64,000 nt of DNA from Paramecium tetraurelia (taxonomy: Eukaryota). Made by a program: the position numbers and the translations under genes. Numbering within the stretch: the stretch's first letter is position 1; every line of letters begins with the position of its first letter. The notes beneath the pieces are model-generated. The model was not told the DNA's origin and did no database searches. It was given only the letters and a program-made list of their open reading frames with translations. Of the stretch, positions 61,511 through 64,000 are shown in pieces. The stretch spans positions 186,001 to 250,000 of the forward strand of contig CT868096.1 of assembly GCA_000165425.1 (NCBI GenBank), given 5' to 3'.

Positions 61511-62443
61511 TCATTACTGCTCTTCTTTTTTTCTTCTGCTTAGATGAGCTTAATTTAATGGATCATTTTTGGAATCAATGTGGCGATGGTCTATAAATTT
61601 ATTAGCTATATCATCAATTTTTTTGGTTTTGGCTCTTTGTAATACGTTTTACTTCTGTTATTCTTGTAGTATTATTTTCTGAACAAATTCTTTTTGCTTC
61701 TATTCTCTTTCTAATTTCTATCTATTCAAACAGAATTCATAATTCTCTATTTCATCTTATAATCCTTGATGCATTTGTTTATTATTGACAAATTACTGAG
61801 ATCTGTGGATCATCTCCTGAACTTCATGTTCATATCTCAAAAAGGTTTACAAGTCATCACTTAAAATATGAATATTTAAATATCCATCTTCATAACTCTC
61901 TTGAATATTTTTGGAATCAATATTGTGTTCTAAAGATTTCACAAAATTAATATTGATTTTTTCTTAATCAAATTGATTTTCTATTCCTTACTGAGATTCA
62001 ATTGGCAAGGAATCATTCTTCCCTTATTATTGTTATAGAGGAGAATTAATGAAGGATGATGCATTTTTATTTTGATTGGATTGTTTACTTAATTTTTTTA
62101 AATTTTCTTTCGCAATCAAGAACTAGTTTTTGGCATCATCATCAAAAGATTCATCTGTAATTGAAGAATTAATATCTGAAACATCCAATTAATAAAGAGG
62201 TTTTTATTATTTCAATTTCTTACCTTTCTTGTCTCTTCTGCTGGGTTACTATTTCTTATTCTCTTCCTTAGGAGATGGACTAGGTGACCCTGCTTGATGG
62301 ATTACTTTGAGCTTTTATCTTATGTGATTAAAGTGCTCTTTGGCTTTCCCAGTGTTATCTTATTCCAAAGGCTCTTGTTATTACAAGATTAAGCTTTTTG
62401 AAATTGATTTTCTTGGCCTTAATATTCTTTCAACTTATAACAT
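61511..62443 (-). CDS. Hypothetical charged/coiled-coil protein
   Basis: 933-nt frame MLQVERILRPRKSISKSL..KKEEQQ*. Confidence 0.65.
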
Positions 62444-62451
62444 TAAAATTA

Positions 62452-63369
62452 ATGAGTAGAAAAAACTCTTACGAAAGAGCTTTTTAATCTGCTAATTCTT
62501 GTAGAAACCAAGGAAGATAGTTGAATATCATTGATTTCATAATGAAATAAAACTTTTAGGAAAAGGGTCCTTCGACTATGGAATTTCAAGAAGAAACGAA
62601 TAATCAGAAGTCCTGTGATTTGTGTTTGTAATTGTAGGATGAATTGAGTAAATTTGTGAAAATTGACAGATTCCAATAGGTTATTGATAAGTTGTGGTAA
62701 AAGATGACTAAAATGGACATGGATAATTAAAGGGTTTTGTTGAAAATAGAGAATCTCGAAAAGGCTCTTTTAGATCAAAAAGGATATTTAGATGAGTTGT
62801 ACGATCAACAACAATACAAATAATAGGATTAATCTCAAATAATTTAATAGGTGACCTTGGATAAAGGGTAGCTGGAGAAATTGGAAAAAAGAATTTCAAA
62901 GGAAAACCTAGCAGGCATTAAGAATATTGAAGATAATTTATATAAAAGTCTAAACAAGGAAGTTCAATCAAAGTTTATGGTTATGCAAGAGAAAATGGAA
63001 GAAATTAATCAATAATTTGGAGGAGTAAACGAGTAGATTGAACTTTTTAATCATAAGCATGGAGTCACTAGAGAGGAATGCGAAGAAAGAATTAATTAAA
63101 TTGCTGCAATAGTTAATGAGAATAATCAGCTTTTAAGAGCCAATAATAATAGTGTGGGTGAAATGCAATAGCATGTAATTATTCTGTATTTTACATAGTA
63201 TAGTGAATTGGATGTAGATGTGATGAGAATATTTCAACATATTAAGACATTATTATAAAATGATTACAAAATAACAGAGATGGAGTAGAACATAACTGAT
63301 TTGAATTCGCAATTGATTTAATTGAGAAATGCTGTTAATGAAATTGGTGATTTTGTTTCAAAAATATGA
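62452..63369 (+). CDS. Coiled-coil hypothetical protein
   Basis: MSRKNSYERAFQSANSCRNQGRQLNIIDFIMK..CDLC..AVNEIGDFVSKI*; probable intron near 63175. Confidence 0.65.
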
Positions 63370-63470
63370 AAAATATATAATCACTTTAATTTCAATAAAT
63401 CATCGATGAAGGTGTTATCATTCACTCAAAATAAGCTCAGTTGCTCAGGTTAACCTTGAAAAAAAGTGTT

Positions 63471-63965
63471 ATGGATAGGTAATCCTAATAAATACATCCT
63501 TTACCTGCAGTCCAAAACAAGCCAAAACAGATGAAATTGTAAACGAGACAATAATCTGAAACTTCCATTCCTCCAAAAAAATAAGAAAAGAAAATGTAAA
63601 GATAAATGAGCAATTTCGAGAAAGGCAATTTCTTATATTTCTTATATGCTTAAAAGAATGGTTAGGTAGATCTTTAAATAATGTAGAAAAATGAAAAAGA
63701 GTTTGGGGAGTTCCTGAGAAAAACCTATAACTTTGAGCCTCCTTAAAAGACTGAGGGACCAAGCAAAAAGGGTCTTCTTTACCTTTCGAAAAGAGAAGAG
63801 AATGACGATTACATCAAAAAATTGACAAATTCGGTATTGTCACCTGGAAACAAAAGCACTTTAGGAGGAAAGGAGGTTCCTCTGGATTAAGTGATAAGTC
63901 AAATGTTCGAGAAACAACTAGAACGATTCCCTAGAGTGAAGTAGAAGATTGAAAGAACTCAATGA
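63471..63965 (+). CDS. Hypothetical protein (164 aa)
   Basis: Uninterrupted 495-nt code-6 frame MDRQSQQIHPLPAVQNKPK..KIERTQ*. Confidence 0.6.
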
Positions 63966-64000
63966 CTTTATAAAAATAAATGTAAAAATACAAGAATTCA

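Overview
AT-rich, gene-dense ciliate macronuclear DNA, very likely Paramecium. TAA/TAG read as Gln, TGA is the only stop, and genes carry 21-34 nt GT-AG introns. The supplied standard-code ORF track is therefore fragmentary and often in the wrong frame, so I re-read genes by hand in translation table 6. About 38 protein-coding genes tile the window: PIP5K, UBC4/5 E2, a degenerate mitochondrial carrier, Rab2, an Alba protein with an (R-D-N)n tail, a degenerate small GTPase, LONRF, a ULK-type kinase, Sec14/CRAL-TRIO with CaaX, an RBR E3, a 1974-aa Cys-rich multipass surface protein, a Kelch protein, TMX2, a UBX/FAF-type protein, a Ctr copper transporter, PI4K, a Rim15/Greatwall-type kinase, FRA10AC1, EMC1, a MADS-box factor, a TBC RabGAP, RCC1 and many hypotheticals. 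I found no RNA gene, transposon, telomere or CRISPR array, and no multi-gene novel system that I can support. The best leads are single-gene architectures: an internally duplicated longin-like protein that kept both introns in each copy, the Alba mixed-charge tail, a gate-less carrier, a prenylated Sec14, a receptor-like surface protein, and two divergent ATGs 8 bp apart. Family calls come from motif recognition, not database searches, and starts of hypothetical genes are approximate.
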